From: Camelus ferus
Lineage: Eukaryota
DNA length: 64,000 nt
Reading direction: 5' to 3'
Assembly (NCBI RefSeq): GCF_009834535.1
Contig: NC_045702.1
Coordinates: 27,032,001-27,096,000, forward strand
Shown: one piece after another, positions 22,980 to 37,000 of the stretch
How positions within the stretch are numbered: the first letter of the stretch is position 1
Layout of the letters: every line of letters begins with the position of its first letter
The notes under the pieces: generated by a model
The model's input: the letters and a program-made list of their open reading frames with translations, nothing else
What the model was told of the DNA's origin: nothing
Databases searched by the model: none
Translations under genes and position numbers: made by a program

Positions 22980-23900
22980 CATAGAACATGGTTAGAAAGT
23001 AGATACGAAGTGGGGGGTGTTTATATAACAGATTTCCTGGAGAGAGCTGTGCTGTGAGCCTGTTTCCAACACGGGGGAAGAGAAGGTGCATGTCAGGAGA
23101 GACAGCATTTCATGGGACCACTTGGAAAATCGTTGCATATTTCCCTGCAGTTGGGAGATACAAAGAACCAGAGTCCAAATTCTACCCAACAGACCTAACA
23201 GGAAAGAAGCTCACTGACTGCTTTGGTGCTGCAATGGCTGTTGTGTTGGAATGAGCTTGGATTCCTGTGGTTTGTTCAAGAAAAGGAATGTAGAGTCCTG
23301 GTTGAAAGAACCATCTGAAGGGGCAGCGAACACTCAGCCAGCCAAAGCTGGAAGTGGATTGGTGGATTCCAGTTGCTGCTGAAGCAGGAAGCAAGCAGCT
23401 AGAACAGAGAAACTTTTATCCAGACTGAATTTCATTTAGATCACAGACCTCAGGATAAGTGGCCCATCAGAGCCTAAACATCCCCTAGGCCCAGGGCAGG
23501 CAAAGCCCGTCAGGAGCTCTCCTGTCTGTCTCTCTCCATTCTTCTATGACTCTGGTGAGGTCAGAAATTTTAGTTCACAAGACGGTGGAAGGAGTGAAAG
23601 CTTGGGAGAGGGTAAGGAGATAAGAAAGGCAACATCTGAAATTCTCCACGCTAGTAGCCAGCCTTTACCAGGCCTCAACTTTGGAGAGGGGGAGGTGAAA
23701 AAATGTACCCTTAAATCGGTGTTTTGATTATCATATGAAACTGAATGTTATGAGTTTGCTATTAAACAAGGTACCAGTTATGGGCTTCTAACATTTCAAC
23801 CATTGGCTAGATACCTCTCCCAGCTGAGTAAATTTTAATAGGACAGTAGGTACTAAAATAAAGATGCTTTTCGATTACATTGCATTCACCTGGTTTATTC
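22980..23900 (+). mobile_element. Probable ancient LTR (MamGypLTR/LTR85-like group; uncertain)
   Basis: About 0.9 kb GC-richer block with LTR-like 3' part (ggagagggggaggtgaaaaaatgtac…aaaataaagatgc…cacctggtttattc); no meaningful ORF. Confidence 0.35.
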
Positions 23901-25929
23901 AAAGCACTGCTAACAAATATTTTATAATTTTTACAGATTGTTTTTCTGTGAATGTCCTTTGTTTAATGGATTCAATGGAGCATTTTTAAAGTTTATGTTC
24001 TGAAAAACTTAAACTTTGTCAGGACATGTTTCTTCCAGTTACCCAAAGTGAGTATTTAATGGAAAATTAAATTTTAAAAATGAAGATGTTTAAAGATCTG
24101 AAACACCCAAGGAAATCTAGAAAGCCACAGGAGGAAATACATGATCTCATGGACAAGAGTTGGAATTCCCTAAACAGAGCAGCACTGTCAGCATAGGCTG
24201 AAATTCTCATGTTCGTGTATGTATGTCTGGCTGCAATTCCCAGCCCGGAAATGTATCAGAGAACATGTTGGGTTGAGAAGCTAAATAATTCAAGTAGATT
24301 TTGAATTTAAATAAATTCTTCACCTATGCAAATAATTCTGGGTTTTTTTTCAAACTCATGGATTTTTTTTTTTTTACAAAGGTGATGCTCTGAAAGGGCA
24401 GAGGGCACTGATTTACATGCCACTTGTTTCTACTGCACCGGCAAATGTTCAGTTTTTAGACTGTGTATGGAAGAAATATGATAATTAAGTGCATTGCTCC
24501 AGAACCTGAATCACAACTCATTCCTTTTCTGTATGCAGTTATTCTCGCCTATAATGTACAAAACCTTAAGGGACCTGTCATATAAATATTTCTAAAGATC
24601 AGTCAATACCTGCAGCCCTGCCATCCATCATTGCTGAACAAGTTCTGTTTCACACAGTAATCACATAAATCGAGTTACAAGAGATTATAATTCTTTAAGA
24701 CGCACCTCTTGGTCCTTGGCAAGGTCATTACTGTGCTGTGAGTCCGTTCCCCTAGATGAGATATGTCAAAGTAGAAAGACTGGTGCAACTGAGAAGCAAA
24801 GAACTTGGACTAACAGATTCTGGAGTAACTAATCTTGCTTGAAAAAAAAAATACTGAAAATATGGCTTAAGGTATTAAGCTAACATTTGATGAGTTCTTA
24901 CAAAGCCTAGAGAATTTAGCATTGCATTTTTTTTAACACAGAAAGAACAAATTCTAGCCAGAAGTCAAATACAAATTTAACCATTATTTGTGGTACAACA
25001 GAATGAAAAGTGACTCAAAAGTCACATTATTTATTCACAGGCTTTGGTATTATAGGAGGAATATTCTCAGTAATGATACTTAAACCAATATTCATCATAA
25101 CTCGTAGACACACATGTTTTAAAAAAGCAAAGTTTATCTGTGAAATGAGGTAAAATTTTAAGTTATGTAACCATGAAGTTCTGTTTTCCTTTGGGAAGCA
25201 GCATAGCCTAGAGAGTTTTGGTTTTATTTTGCTATGGGTACTGCTGTTTGTTAGAGGTTTTGGTTTATTCAGTTTTGTTTTGTTTTGGTTTTTGATTGAA
25301 TTACCCTAGGACATTAAGAAAAAAGGTTTTTTTAAACCTCTGATCCAGAAAATATTTATTTGGAAGAACTTCAAAGAAATACAAGCACCTGAGAACTTTT
25401 AACACTGGGAATTATGACATTCCTCACAAATTTGGTAAGAACGTTCCCAGGGTAAGGGCTTAACATCAAGTTAGATACCCCCGAAGACACACTGTACGTT
25501 ATTACTCGATAGGAGAAGAAGATAATTAGCACTGTTAAAATAGCTATGGAAGAGCAAAGTGCTTAAGGTACAAGAGCACTGATTTACGTTTAAGAAGATT
25601 GGTGAAGATGATGTGTTAAATAGGGCCCTTCCTCACCAGGGGATTACTCTGAACCACAGAGTAATCAGTCATTTCCATCTCTGCACTTCATTGTTAATCC
25701 AAATAAAACCTTCTTAACGTACACCAGACTGCCAAAAATGCTGGTTAGAGACCTTCTCTGATCTCTGAAGACAGTATCTAATTTAGTAAAACAATTAGAA
25801 GAAAACACTCAGAGGGAATCAATTCTTTGGAACTTAAAAAGCCCACATGCAAAACATTAATGTAATGAAAATGCCAATATAATCCAGGATTTATTTAAGT
25901 GTTGCTAGCTTTTGCATCAACGACTATTG

Positions 25930-26310
25930 CATTTTTTGAGCATTCACCACGTGCCCAGGACTCTGTGTTACATGGAGGCAGTGTGGTACCAGCATTAATC
26001 AGCTAGGGATTTGGTGCTCCAGAAATAAGTGGTCTAATAGAAGAGATAAGATGAAGTCAGGATTCTATACTAAAAGAGCACGTGCTGTATGATAGATCAG
26101 ACAAGTTCCTGTGGAAGGCAAAAGAGGCTGGCATGGCTTTCAGCGGGGACAGCAAGAAACAGCTTCACGAGAGCATGTAAGCTGGGTCCTGGAAATTACG
26201 GAGGATCTGCTCCAACAGAAGGGTGTGGGATGGGACACGGGCAGAGGGGACTGGAGCAAACTGAAGGACATTCCAGATAAAGAGAACAAAGTGATTAAAA
26301 GCTGCACACT
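25930..26310 (-). mobile_element. L2 LINE fragment
   Basis: ttttttgagcattcaccacgtgcccaggactctgtg tail and downstream L2-like body. Confidence 0.65.
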
Positions 26311-27509
26311 ATGTATGAGAATTTCTGTGATGAAAATGATTACCTGAAAGGGGCTTTACATTCTTGAAAAATAAGGCCACACTTTTTAAAATGTACTTTG
26401 TATGGATCCCAAAGACAGCGTGCAAAATCAGAAAAAATGTCTTTTTGCTACTGATGATAAAAATAAGGAAATACAGTTTTCTCCTTTATTTTGGAACTTT
26501 AAATATAAAATAAAATTAACAGAGTAATACAGATTATTATTTGTTTTTAATTGAGTTATAATTTACTTGCAATAAAATACATGAATCTATTTGAACATTC
26601 ATTAGTTTCTATAAGTCTGTCGGAGCTACTGTGTAAAATTCCCCTTATCAGAGAATCCATTTAAATACAGCTCAGTATCTAATGAGGTTTTCTTCCCTTT
26701 GCTTCAGCTGAATATTTAGCAGTATAGGAATTTGACAGGTTAGGCAATTAGAATATAATTTATGGTACATGGCTATGTGGACGAACTGCTTCCTGCCCAT
26801 AATTCTGAATGCACGTCAAATCACAGATCTCTTATGCTAGTCCCAAAGAAAATCCTTCCTAAGAAGCGAATAGTATAATATATTAATAGTTTTACTCATA
26901 TCTTCAAGTGACCATGCTGGAAAATGTTATCTAGTGCAATCCATTTGGCCTCTTTAAAAGCAATTAAAAACACAAAAGCTTTATACACTGGTCAGCCTAA
27001 GCCTTAGGGACAAAATTTATTTCCCGTGAGCAGACACTCACATGCTCTGGCTTCCACAGCGCCTTTTAATACATTGTTCTCATTTGGTTTATTAAATGCT
27101 CTTTCGGTCACCCCACTGGGAGCTGCGCCTTATAATGTGCCTGTCTCAGCGACAGTGGTATCTGATACTTACAAAATGTTGGTAAATGGATAGCTCTTTG
27201 GAATGATTATTAAATAAGAAACTATGGCAAACTGCAAAAAATTCTTAAGACCTTGTTGCTTCCCCTATTCCTTTATTAATTTGTATTTCTCTAGAAACCT
27301 CCTTTTTAATGGCTACTGTTTTGTGGCAGAGGCTGTCAGATGTCCTCCGCTATCCACACTCTTCCTCTTCCACCAAAGTCAGACCTCTGAGTTTTACCTG
27401 AGTGCCTGTAATTATTTGAAATAAAACTACCTTCCCAAGCTCTTTTGTGTTAATATTGAACTACATAATAAATTCAGGTCAATAAAATCTAGTTGGAAGT
27501 ATCCTGTGC

Positions 27510-27745
27510 TCCTGGGACCATTCCTTAGAACATGGTAGCATTACAACCGTTGCCACTTTTCACATTGTCCATGGATGTTGAGTGTAATGGATGGAGCTAC
27601 ACCTGCCATTCTGGAACACAGGAAGGATGGTTACACCCTGGGATGGCTGGAAGGTGCCTGGGTCCCTGAGGACTTTGTGGAGCACAAGAAAAAGATAAAT
27701 CTCAAATTTTTAAAACCTATCAACACAATCCTAACTGAAATAAAC
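27510..27745 (+). mobile_element. MaLR LTR fragment (MLT1J/K-like)
   Basis: gatggagctacacctgccattctggaac…gcctgggtccctgaggactttgtggagc…aatcctaactgaaata. Confidence 0.65.
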
Positions 27746-30539
27746 ATGTGACCCTAATCTTATGAAATACAACTTGTTAACTCTTATCATTTAAATATGC
27801 TGAGGACTCATCTCTTTCAGAATGTCTTTCAAGATTGACCAGTATCATGCCCTTTCATTTTCCAGTCATGGCTATGTTGATCTTCCAAAGGGACCTTCAG
27901 GGCAAGATGATCTCTTAAAACATGTATCACATGAAAGGAACCATGGGAGCTCGCTGGCAATTAATACTAATACAACTAAAGAGATCTTGATAGAATTGGA
28001 TGCTCTTATGTGCTTACTATTTTTACCTCTAAATGTTAGCAGTATCCTTTATTTTCACTTCACATTTCAGTCTAGGTAACAAAGAGAATAATTAATCAGT
28101 ATTTTTACATGCCACACATAACACTTAGCAGAGAAGGGATATTATTATAACTTCAGATATATGACAGTTCCTGTAAATTATCTTTATCTTAAAAAGAACT
28201 TGGACAAATTCAAATGCTATCATCATCATCATTAAAGCCAGATTAATAGCTTTTCATACGGTTGAGTACTGAATTTTATTCAGCTCTGCAACTGACTGTA
28301 CTAAGCAGTACAGGGTGTGTATACAAATTACCTATAATTCCAATTGTTAGGGAGGTTGACATCTTACAGGAAAGGTAAGACAAAAATAATTAAAATACAA
28401 ACCCAAGTAAAAAACCTGCTACAAAGTACAACAGAGAGCTGGAGAAAAGAAAGGTCAAAGCTCTTCCACATAGGAAAAGCTTCAAGAATTGGCAGTAACA
28501 CATTTTCCCACTGTGAGTCAGTTTAGAATACATGGCCTTCTCAGCTGACACTACCTGTGGCCTCAACTCCGACCAAGAGTGGCACTACCAACTGAATCTG
28601 AGAATAGAGATCCAAGTCTTCCAACGTCTATCAAGGAAATATCTCAGGGAGAGTGATATGGTTTACAGAACAGCTTTTGCCCAAAGAGATCTCTAAGCCA
28701 GAGAAGACCTGTTTTCTTCTTATTATTAAACTACCTCTTCCAACAGTCACTGGTCTTGCCTTCTTGATTTCTACAACCTTTGAAAATGACTCCTCTTGCA
28801 ATTAGTTCTGAAGCTACCTGTCTGCATGGATCTTTTCTTTATTTGATTTTGGCTGTCTCTTGTGTTAATTCACCCCCTTCTAGCCTTTCTTTGGCTATGT
28901 CATATGCCTGCTGCCTGTCCCTGGTAGGCTGCCTGTTAAACAACAGGGTAAATGAATATTTCACTTCCTCAGAGTCTACAAAGTTCTTAGCCTTCTTGCT
29001 GCCTTACAGACAGTTACTGATTGGAAACTTTGCTTTTGCCTAAACTAAGGTAGACATCACTCCTAAGGTGGGTGGAGCAGGACATGGGTGGGGTATGTTG
29101 GACTATTACCCTCACCTTTCTTTCTAGTAATCCACCTCTCAGTCTTGACCTCAACCAGAAGAAGTGAAGTAGTTTCTATGAATAACTTTTTGTCTATGAA
29201 ATTCAGGGAAACAGAGAATCTCAACCAAAGGTCTACCTATGACAAATCTAAAATTGTAACTCTAAATTTTCTTTTCCTTTCTGGGGATAGGGAAAAGTTA
29301 ATGACATTAAAATGCATTAGGTTGATCAGCCATTATGCTAATGAACAATCTGCATGGTTCTGGGTCAGCAACATTATAGCCCAAACTTTCCTAATTGAAA
29401 GGGACACAGTGACCTGGGCAAATTGGTTTGACAGGCTTCTTTCTTATCTCCCAATGATAAAGTGGGTCTCACTGATGAGCTAGGTCATATTGAATTGGTT
29501 AAAAAAGGACAGCTGTCATTCTATCCTGCTTTAAAATATCCAAGAGTGGGTGGCTAATATTTTTGTTTTTGAAATGGAATGTTTGATCTCATTAATTTTC
29601 AAAACAACACTGTGCTTAAAAACAACCAGCATTTTTTACTGCTTGTAGAATGCACTTTAATCTTAGCTTTTATAGAATGTAAACATGAAGAGTTTCCAGG
29701 TTAGTATACTAAGGGAGAAAAAAATAAATAGAACTAACATGTTTTAAAGGTTTGATTATATTTCCAAGCATCTACTTATTTTAGCAGCTTTATTATTACT
29801 AATGCACATGATTTCAGGGGCGTAGAGAGAAGCTGAATTTAAATAACCACTTGTGGCAACAACAGCACCAATTATACACTCCATGGCTATTTATGTCCTC
29901 TGGTGATCAACTAGCAGTAGGAAGTGAAATTGACAACACACTGGTACAATCACAATTATGGGTCAAACTTCAACAAGCCTGTTTAAATGGTTCCATTAGG
30001 TCCTCCTTGAAATACTGATTTACATATATTTTGACTATTTCCAGACATGTTATCCACGTTAACATGCAGTGATATAATCATTTCCTATTAGGATGCATTA
30101 GTCTGGAGCACTGAAAAATAAAACAGCATGCCATGCACACAAATTTCTGCAGAGTTAAAATTACACTAGAATACATCCCCAACCATATTTTAGAAGATTA
30201 AAATATCATTTGGCTTTCACGGCACGGCTAATTCATAGGAAATTTGGATATTTTTAGAATTGTTTAAATGGGCTTTTCCTTGTAGCATTAATGTATTTTT
30301 AAGGTTAACAAAAATTGTCCATAAACCATAAGATGTCTTCCCTGTACGGATCCATGCCTTATCTAATTTTTATTTTTTATGTTAGTCTGACCTAAATATA
30401 GTTTTTCCAGGTGATTTCTCTTTCCACTACAATTGCAATTCCTCTATGATGCTTTCTAAATATTGCTCTTTTTTAGAGACATGTTTCCATTTAAACTCAT
30501 TTAAACTCATTCCTTTTAAACATGATCTCATAATATATA

Positions 30540-31380
30540 AAAAAAAATTTGTAATGTATACTAAACTAAACAGCATAATGATAATGTACACTTGAAAACT
30601 CATCAATTAATGTCTAGACATTATTGCTACTTGACGCTACCTGATTGCCCCTTCTGGATACCATCATCCATCTTCCCCACCAAAAGAAAGCGCTATGCTA
30701 AGCTTTATCATACGATTTTACTGCTTTAAAATTTAGCTTTTACTCCACATATCTTCCCCTAAACAGTATATTGTTTTGTTTGCTGATTTTTAAACTTTCT
30801 AAAAATGATACTGTCCCATACACAATCAAATGGCACCTTTTACTTATTTGTATTTTTACTATTTTATGATCCATTCATTTTGAATGTAATTATTTGTAGG
30901 TTAGTAATTTTTATGGCTTACTTAAGATACCATTGTATAAATACATGGTGATTTATTTACCACTTGGATATTTGAGATGTTTCTTTTCAACACTATTTTG
31001 GCTATACACCTATGAGCACTCTAAATCATAACTCCTGATACAAATATTCAAGAGTTTCAAAAGTGGTGGTACCAATTTCTACTCTCATGCACAACATACG
31101 AGTTTGCCTTGTTTTATATCTTCACCAACGCTTAGCCTTGTTAAAGATCTTAATTTTGTAAATAACAGACGGCGTCAAATACTATTCTTTTATGGTCTTA
31201 ATTTGTATTCTCTTATTTTTGATGGTATTGAGAATCCTTTTATAGGTTTATAGTGTTTCTGTGTTTGCTTTTCTGTGAAAAGGAAATGCCTATTTATGTC
31301 TTTTGTCAACTTTTCTATTTGCTTATCTGCCTTTTTCCTTTGGTATCTTCATGAATTCTTTATGAAATCATATATTATTT
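30540..31380 (-). mobile_element. L1ME-type 3' UTR fragment
   Basis: ataccattgtataaatacatggtgatttatttacc…aaagtggtggtaccaatttctactctc…atggtcttaatttgtattctc…gaaatgcctatttatgtcttttgtc. Confidence 0.75.
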
Positions 31381-33489
31381 CTTCAGATGTCTGGCTCAAT
31401 CCTATTAAATTTTAAATTCCTTGGAAGGAAAGACTGTACCTTCTTTATCGTTATATCCTCAATGATCATCATTGTAATTCAATTATATAGTTCTCTCTTT
31501 TGCAGATAGCATGATTCTTTTGCTAAAATTTCTTCTTAAATAATTAAGAAAAGAAGGAAAATATTAATCATTGTTCTATAGGATTCTTATGGGATGATGG
31601 TCTAGGAAGGGGGTGGGAAGGAAACAGCAGCTTCCTTCTAAATATATATATACTTACATATACATACACACATACACATATATATATGTGAAGCACTGTT
31701 GTAGTAGAAAGATGCTATCAAACTTTGGTATGGAACATACCAGTTTGTCTATAAAGTGACTTCAAGAAATCTACCTACCTTAAGACCTTCTTTCTAAATC
31801 ACACATTATGTTATGATTTTGCTACTACAGAGAATATATAATCTTCTTTGTACATGTTTGTCTTACTTTTCAGTAGATTCTTATTCCACAAGAACAAGTA
31901 GAGAAGTGTTCCAAGATCTAGAGAAATAAATTACTTCTTATTTGATTGATGACCATGAAATAGTGTGGTCAGGAAAATAGGGATGTCTGGAATCGACTTA
32001 GGCAAGGCATAAAGAAATTTTTTTCCCATCTGAAAACATGAAATTGTAACTGCCATTTTGCATGGCACTATTAATGAAAAGTTTGATTAGACATGATTTA
32101 AACAACAAAGAGTTAAATTAAAATTCCTGCTGTTATATGAAATCCCTTAGCGTTACAGGTATTTCAATAAAACATAGCAAACTGTTAAGTGCTAGGTTGT
32201 AATTATTTACATTAATTACATAATTGCACTAATTGCAAAAATAGGCAGTAGCACTGTTAAACATTTCCTAACTGCTTCCAAAACTTCAAATATATAAAAT
32301 GAGAATTAAAACTAAAATTAAAATGGTTAATCACAGAATTCTGAGAATTCATTTTTAAAATGAGTTAATGTCTTTATAGTACTTAAAATAAACCCACAAA
32401 TATTTTGCTAAGATTTGATATTATTCTTATGCCTTTAGCACTTAAAGATATGATTATTTCCTGCAAATCTGCATGGAACTTGAGAGCAAGTTCTATACTA
32501 TATATATTCTATATATTCTATACTAAGAATCTAGACTATTATTCTTATATACCTGAGGTGAGACTTTTTACTGCAGTTGCATGAAAGATAAAAAGAAGTT
32601 ACCTTTAATTATGAATGATGAGCTACCATAGTATGCTATCTCCTCAAAATAAAGAAAAACTTTTCTATAATACTAAAAAATCTCTTTTTATGATTCTAGG
32701 ATGTCTGTAATCATGCATCTGTATTGTTTCTGTAGGAATTACACATTAGTGCCTTGCCCATAGTGAGCACCCAATTGCTACTTGTCCCATAATTAATTGA
32801 TACATTTACATTTCAGAGAACCTAGTCTTACCCAATAAGAAAGTTTTTTTGCTTCTCCTTGGTCTCGTCAACTCAGTGAACTCAGCACTAGGAATGTGAT
32901 ATGCGTTGATGTGTCTTAAACATGATGCAGAATCTTATCGTGATGAACACATGGGAAAGTCTCTGCTTATTTTCAAGGACGTAGAGGTGTTTCTTTACTC
33001 CTATGTTGAAAGCATGAGTGGCAGGCTTTCTCTCCTATGTCTTGTCAGTGTGAAAGCACAACAGAAGTCCTTTGGTCGTTTGGTCCTTAGCATTCCCTAA
33101 GCAATCACTAAGTCCCTCATTTTGGTTTGTAGATGTGACCTATTTGAATATGTACTTTGTCCAATCGTTCTCTGAACCTCAGTATAATTTGAGCAATGAG
33201 ATGACAGATTTACTTGCTTTAGCAGTTTTATGCCAGATGGTGATGACTAATGCTGACTACAGAGAGAAATATTATTTCCTGAGCTATCCATATTTGTTTT
33301 TTGTAAATAACTCTTTCATCCAATCACTCCAAATCCCTTTGTGGCTATTTAGCACTTCTGCAATCTCCTAGGGAGTGCTTAAGGTACAGATCAGAGCCAC
33401 ACAGGTATGGCATAAAAATCACTCTACAGCTTAGACTTGATGTGATCTGATGGTCTGCATTTTGAGCATCTTCACTGTTTATTGCCATG

Positions 33490-33625
33490 CACTCCTTTGG
33501 AATTTTGATGAAGTATATGGGTACCTTTTCTGAACCGAGTTCTAAAATGTATAAAATAAATACATAGGATGACAGCAAAAACCAGTGATACTGAAGTTCA
33601 GTTATAAATCTATTAAACACTAAAA
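33490..33625 (-). mobile_element. hAT-Charlie MITE fragment (Charlie4z-like)
   Basis: actcctttggaattttgatgaagtatatgggtaccttttctga…tataaaataaatacataggatgacagcaaaaaccagtgatactgaagttcagttat. Confidence 0.55.
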
Positions 33626-35977
33626 TCATGATATGCTTTGTTCCCAATGAATCATATAAGATGATATCTAGGATTGGGTTCTAACAACTACCTAGATCAC
33701 ATGGTGGTGATGAGTTTTTAACTCTGAGTGCTACTACCATAATGCAATACGGCGTGATGAGGGGGTAGTAGAGGGATACCACTGTGTTTGTGGCATATAC
33801 TCATATTTGAGGGAAATGCTAAATATCAATGGATTTGGGGAAAAGTGAAATTATAATTTTGTTTCCACCCAAGTTTATGAACACTAGAGTATTACTGAAA
33901 TCTCTGATTTGGGGGAGTAATGTGCTCCAAGCCAGATGGTCCTCTGCCCAGGAGAGCTGTGCTGACAGAGAATTCTGGTATCTCTCCTAGGGTTCAGGCT
34001 TCCAGGTCACCCTGACAAAGCCTAGGTTTTAAGTGGAGTTTAATAAGGACGCTTCTTTGTTTACAGAATGACATGACAATTTGCCTGGTTTTTCATTCTT
34101 TTTGCTCACCTGGCTGGGCCACATTTAAGGGTGGGTCTTAGACTCAGTTGCCATCTAAAACGCTTTCAGAGATCATCTGTATTTCTGCCACAATTATCAT
34201 AGAGCACACACAATGGAAATTTAGGTAAGCTTTGCTAATTTCTTAAATTTACAGGATCCAAAATGTTTACTACTTTAAATCTCAAATACTCCTTCTATGT
34301 TCCTTTGAGATAGGACAAGAAGCCTAGTGCCTTCTTTAACTACATGAAATACCACCACTTCTCAGATTAACACTGTTTCTGATAAAGGTGTGACCGAGCA
34401 AGTAGTAGCAATGGAAATAAAAGTATTTTCATCTCCGTTGAAATCGCTGTTAATGCAACATGGAAAAATAACTTTATAGAATATGCCTCTGTCAGCAAGT
34501 TGGGTGATCTAGCAGGGGTAGGGGGAGGAGATCTTCATACCGGATGTGGAATTTCTGTGAAAAAAATTCTGCTTATTCAGAGCACGTTATGAGGACTTTT
34601 ATTTCAGTTGGAGGTTTGCAGCTTAACTTGTATAACTATCAATTTTATAAATGCCTATCTTTCAAAAGAAAAACAAAAAGAAATTCACTAATCAAATAAT
34701 AGAACTACTATTCTACTAAAGTTATTAATCTTTAATTTCTGTAATGTATATGTATACTGTATGTGATGCTTACATTTATAACTTATCCCCATATCTGACT
34801 CATTCATATATCAGTTAAAGAGAACTTACAACATAGTTATAATGATCTACAGATATATAGGACATTTGTATGATTATATAAATTAATTCCTATTTATGCT
34901 AAGTGTTTTAGATATAACATATTAATTACACAAACATAAAGTATTCTAGATGGGAATATAAGATTATTTTGGCTTGTGTTTAATATACAGAATATTAATG
35001 TATATATGCAGAAAGATTGAATTTATTTCTAGCAGAGTGGTAATTTTAATCAGGATACTTGTTAAAATTTAGTTGTAATTATTGATTTACCCTAATGATC
35101 TAACATTCTATACTTTTAAATGGTTGGGGAAAATTGGACAGACTATTTAGAGTAACTTACGGAATATGTGCTTATTTTTTTAAAAGTCTTGCAAAATATA
35201 CTTTGGCTTTAATTAGCATGCTAGATACCTAAAATAAGCCACAGGTGATTATGTTGGCTTTCTTATGAATATCACTTCTATTTAAAGGACAATAACATTT
35301 TTATAATTTGTTTATTTTTTGCAAACACAGAATGGACCAAAACAGACAATTTGTAAAAGAGAACACAGAATTAGTAAATAAATATGAAGTAAATTAAATA
35401 AAAAGAATGAGGGTAATATATTTTTCCAAATGAAGAAATCAACTTTATTTTACATTAACAAATGTTATTTTAATGTTTAAATAACATAATATTTTACAAA
35501 CAATATTTTAAAAATATTTAAATACATTATAATTTAAATATATAATTATAATATTTACAAATATTTTAAGCTATAAAATATACTCTTAATCCTTCTATGA
35601 AAATAAAGCCACTGGTACTACTTTCCAGGCCCCCTTTTTCACTTGAATGGGTGTCTCTAGAGAAGATAACTAGCTTTGAATCTGCTTTTGTACTTGATAT
35701 GCAAAATTTTCAGATCGTTTCTATATTAAGTGAAAAAAAGTCTTTGCAGAGGTGAAGTCTAGGCAGTTGAGGTGAGATGCAGCTTCAGTATTTCATTACG
35801 TTCACCTTCCAAGAATACTCAGCGTAACGATGGTGAGGCTGTCCAAACACGGAGTTCTTGCACACGACCCATAGACGGGGAATGCTGGGGGAGACCACGC
35901 ATGACCCATGCAGTTGGACCCACTGTTTAGGTTCTGTGAAATTTAGTGACAATAGAGACAGATGAAGACATTCTATT

Positions 35978-35994
35978 TCTCTCTCTCTCTCTCT
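35978..35994 (+). repeat. (CT)n microsatellite
   Basis: Seen directly. Confidence 0.9.
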
Positions 35995-36736
35995 TTTTCT
36001 CATTCTGTCTCATCTCTTCCAGTTCTTTTATTTTTCTTGATATTCTATTTTTTCAATAGTTGTCCATTTTCTCCTGTTTGGACCTTGATGCTTAGTTGTA
36101 CATAGAAGAGTGATTTAGCTCAGTTTCTGATTCCTTATTTCTAGTAAGAGCCATACGCCTACTTGGCAAGAAAGCCAAACCTGTTGAAACATAATTTACA
36201 GACTGTGGATGCCAGGCGTCGGGGGGAGCCAGGCTGATCACTAGAGTGCTCCCGTCCTGTGCTTTCCACAGCTGGCTTCCAGGAGCTAACCATACTGATT
36301 TCACAATTTATGGCTTTCAAAGCCATTTGCAACCCAGATCCTTCACAGAGCTCCAATTTGCTTACGGCAGTCAAGAACACTGAAATTCTTCTGTGGTAGC
36401 ATGTTTCCTTGGTAGCTCTGATTTTTTTAACAGTTCAATTCATTTAAATTGCGGTTGAAAGTTAACATTGATTTTGCTTTTTAATGTCTAGCATTCCTCA
36501 AATTCTAGTCCCATATATTTGGGGCTTATTATATATATGTTCAAAAGGACAGCACTGATAGGTAGCAGTATTTTACAAATTCCCTTTGCATTGTCTCAGG
36601 TATGATAACTGAGTCACATAATTTTCATTATCATATGGCTTGTAATTAAAGTCATGTCACAAATTATTGCATTATGATAAATACACATAAAAATATATCA
36701 ACTCATGGGTGAATGAATTCTAGCAGTTCAGATCTG

Positions 36737-37000
36737 TTCATTCACTCATTCGTGCACTTACAATATTTACTGAAAACATTATATATATTAGGTGCTGCTA
36801 ATACAGCAGTGAATAACACCAGCGAGGTCCCTTCTCTTATGTAGCTTAATTTCTAGAGAAGGGAAATGGAAAACACAAAAACAAAGAAACACAGTGTGTG
36901 GTAGTAACATATGCTAGGAAGAATAATAAAACATTGTGAGGGACCTACAAGTTACTATTTTATAAAGAATGGAAATGATGTCATCTCTGAGGAGGTAGCA
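36737..37000 (-). mobile_element. L2 LINE 3' fragment
   Basis: ttcattcactcattc…tatttactgaaa…gctgctaatacagcagtgaataacaccagcgaggtcccttctcttatgtagctta. Confidence 0.65.

Noticed and set aside
22969-23173. Minus-strand exon with good splice sites (cttctttcctgttag … gtag|gtaagg)
   Set aside because: Stops in all three frames and it overlaps a probable ancient LTR; not counted as coding.
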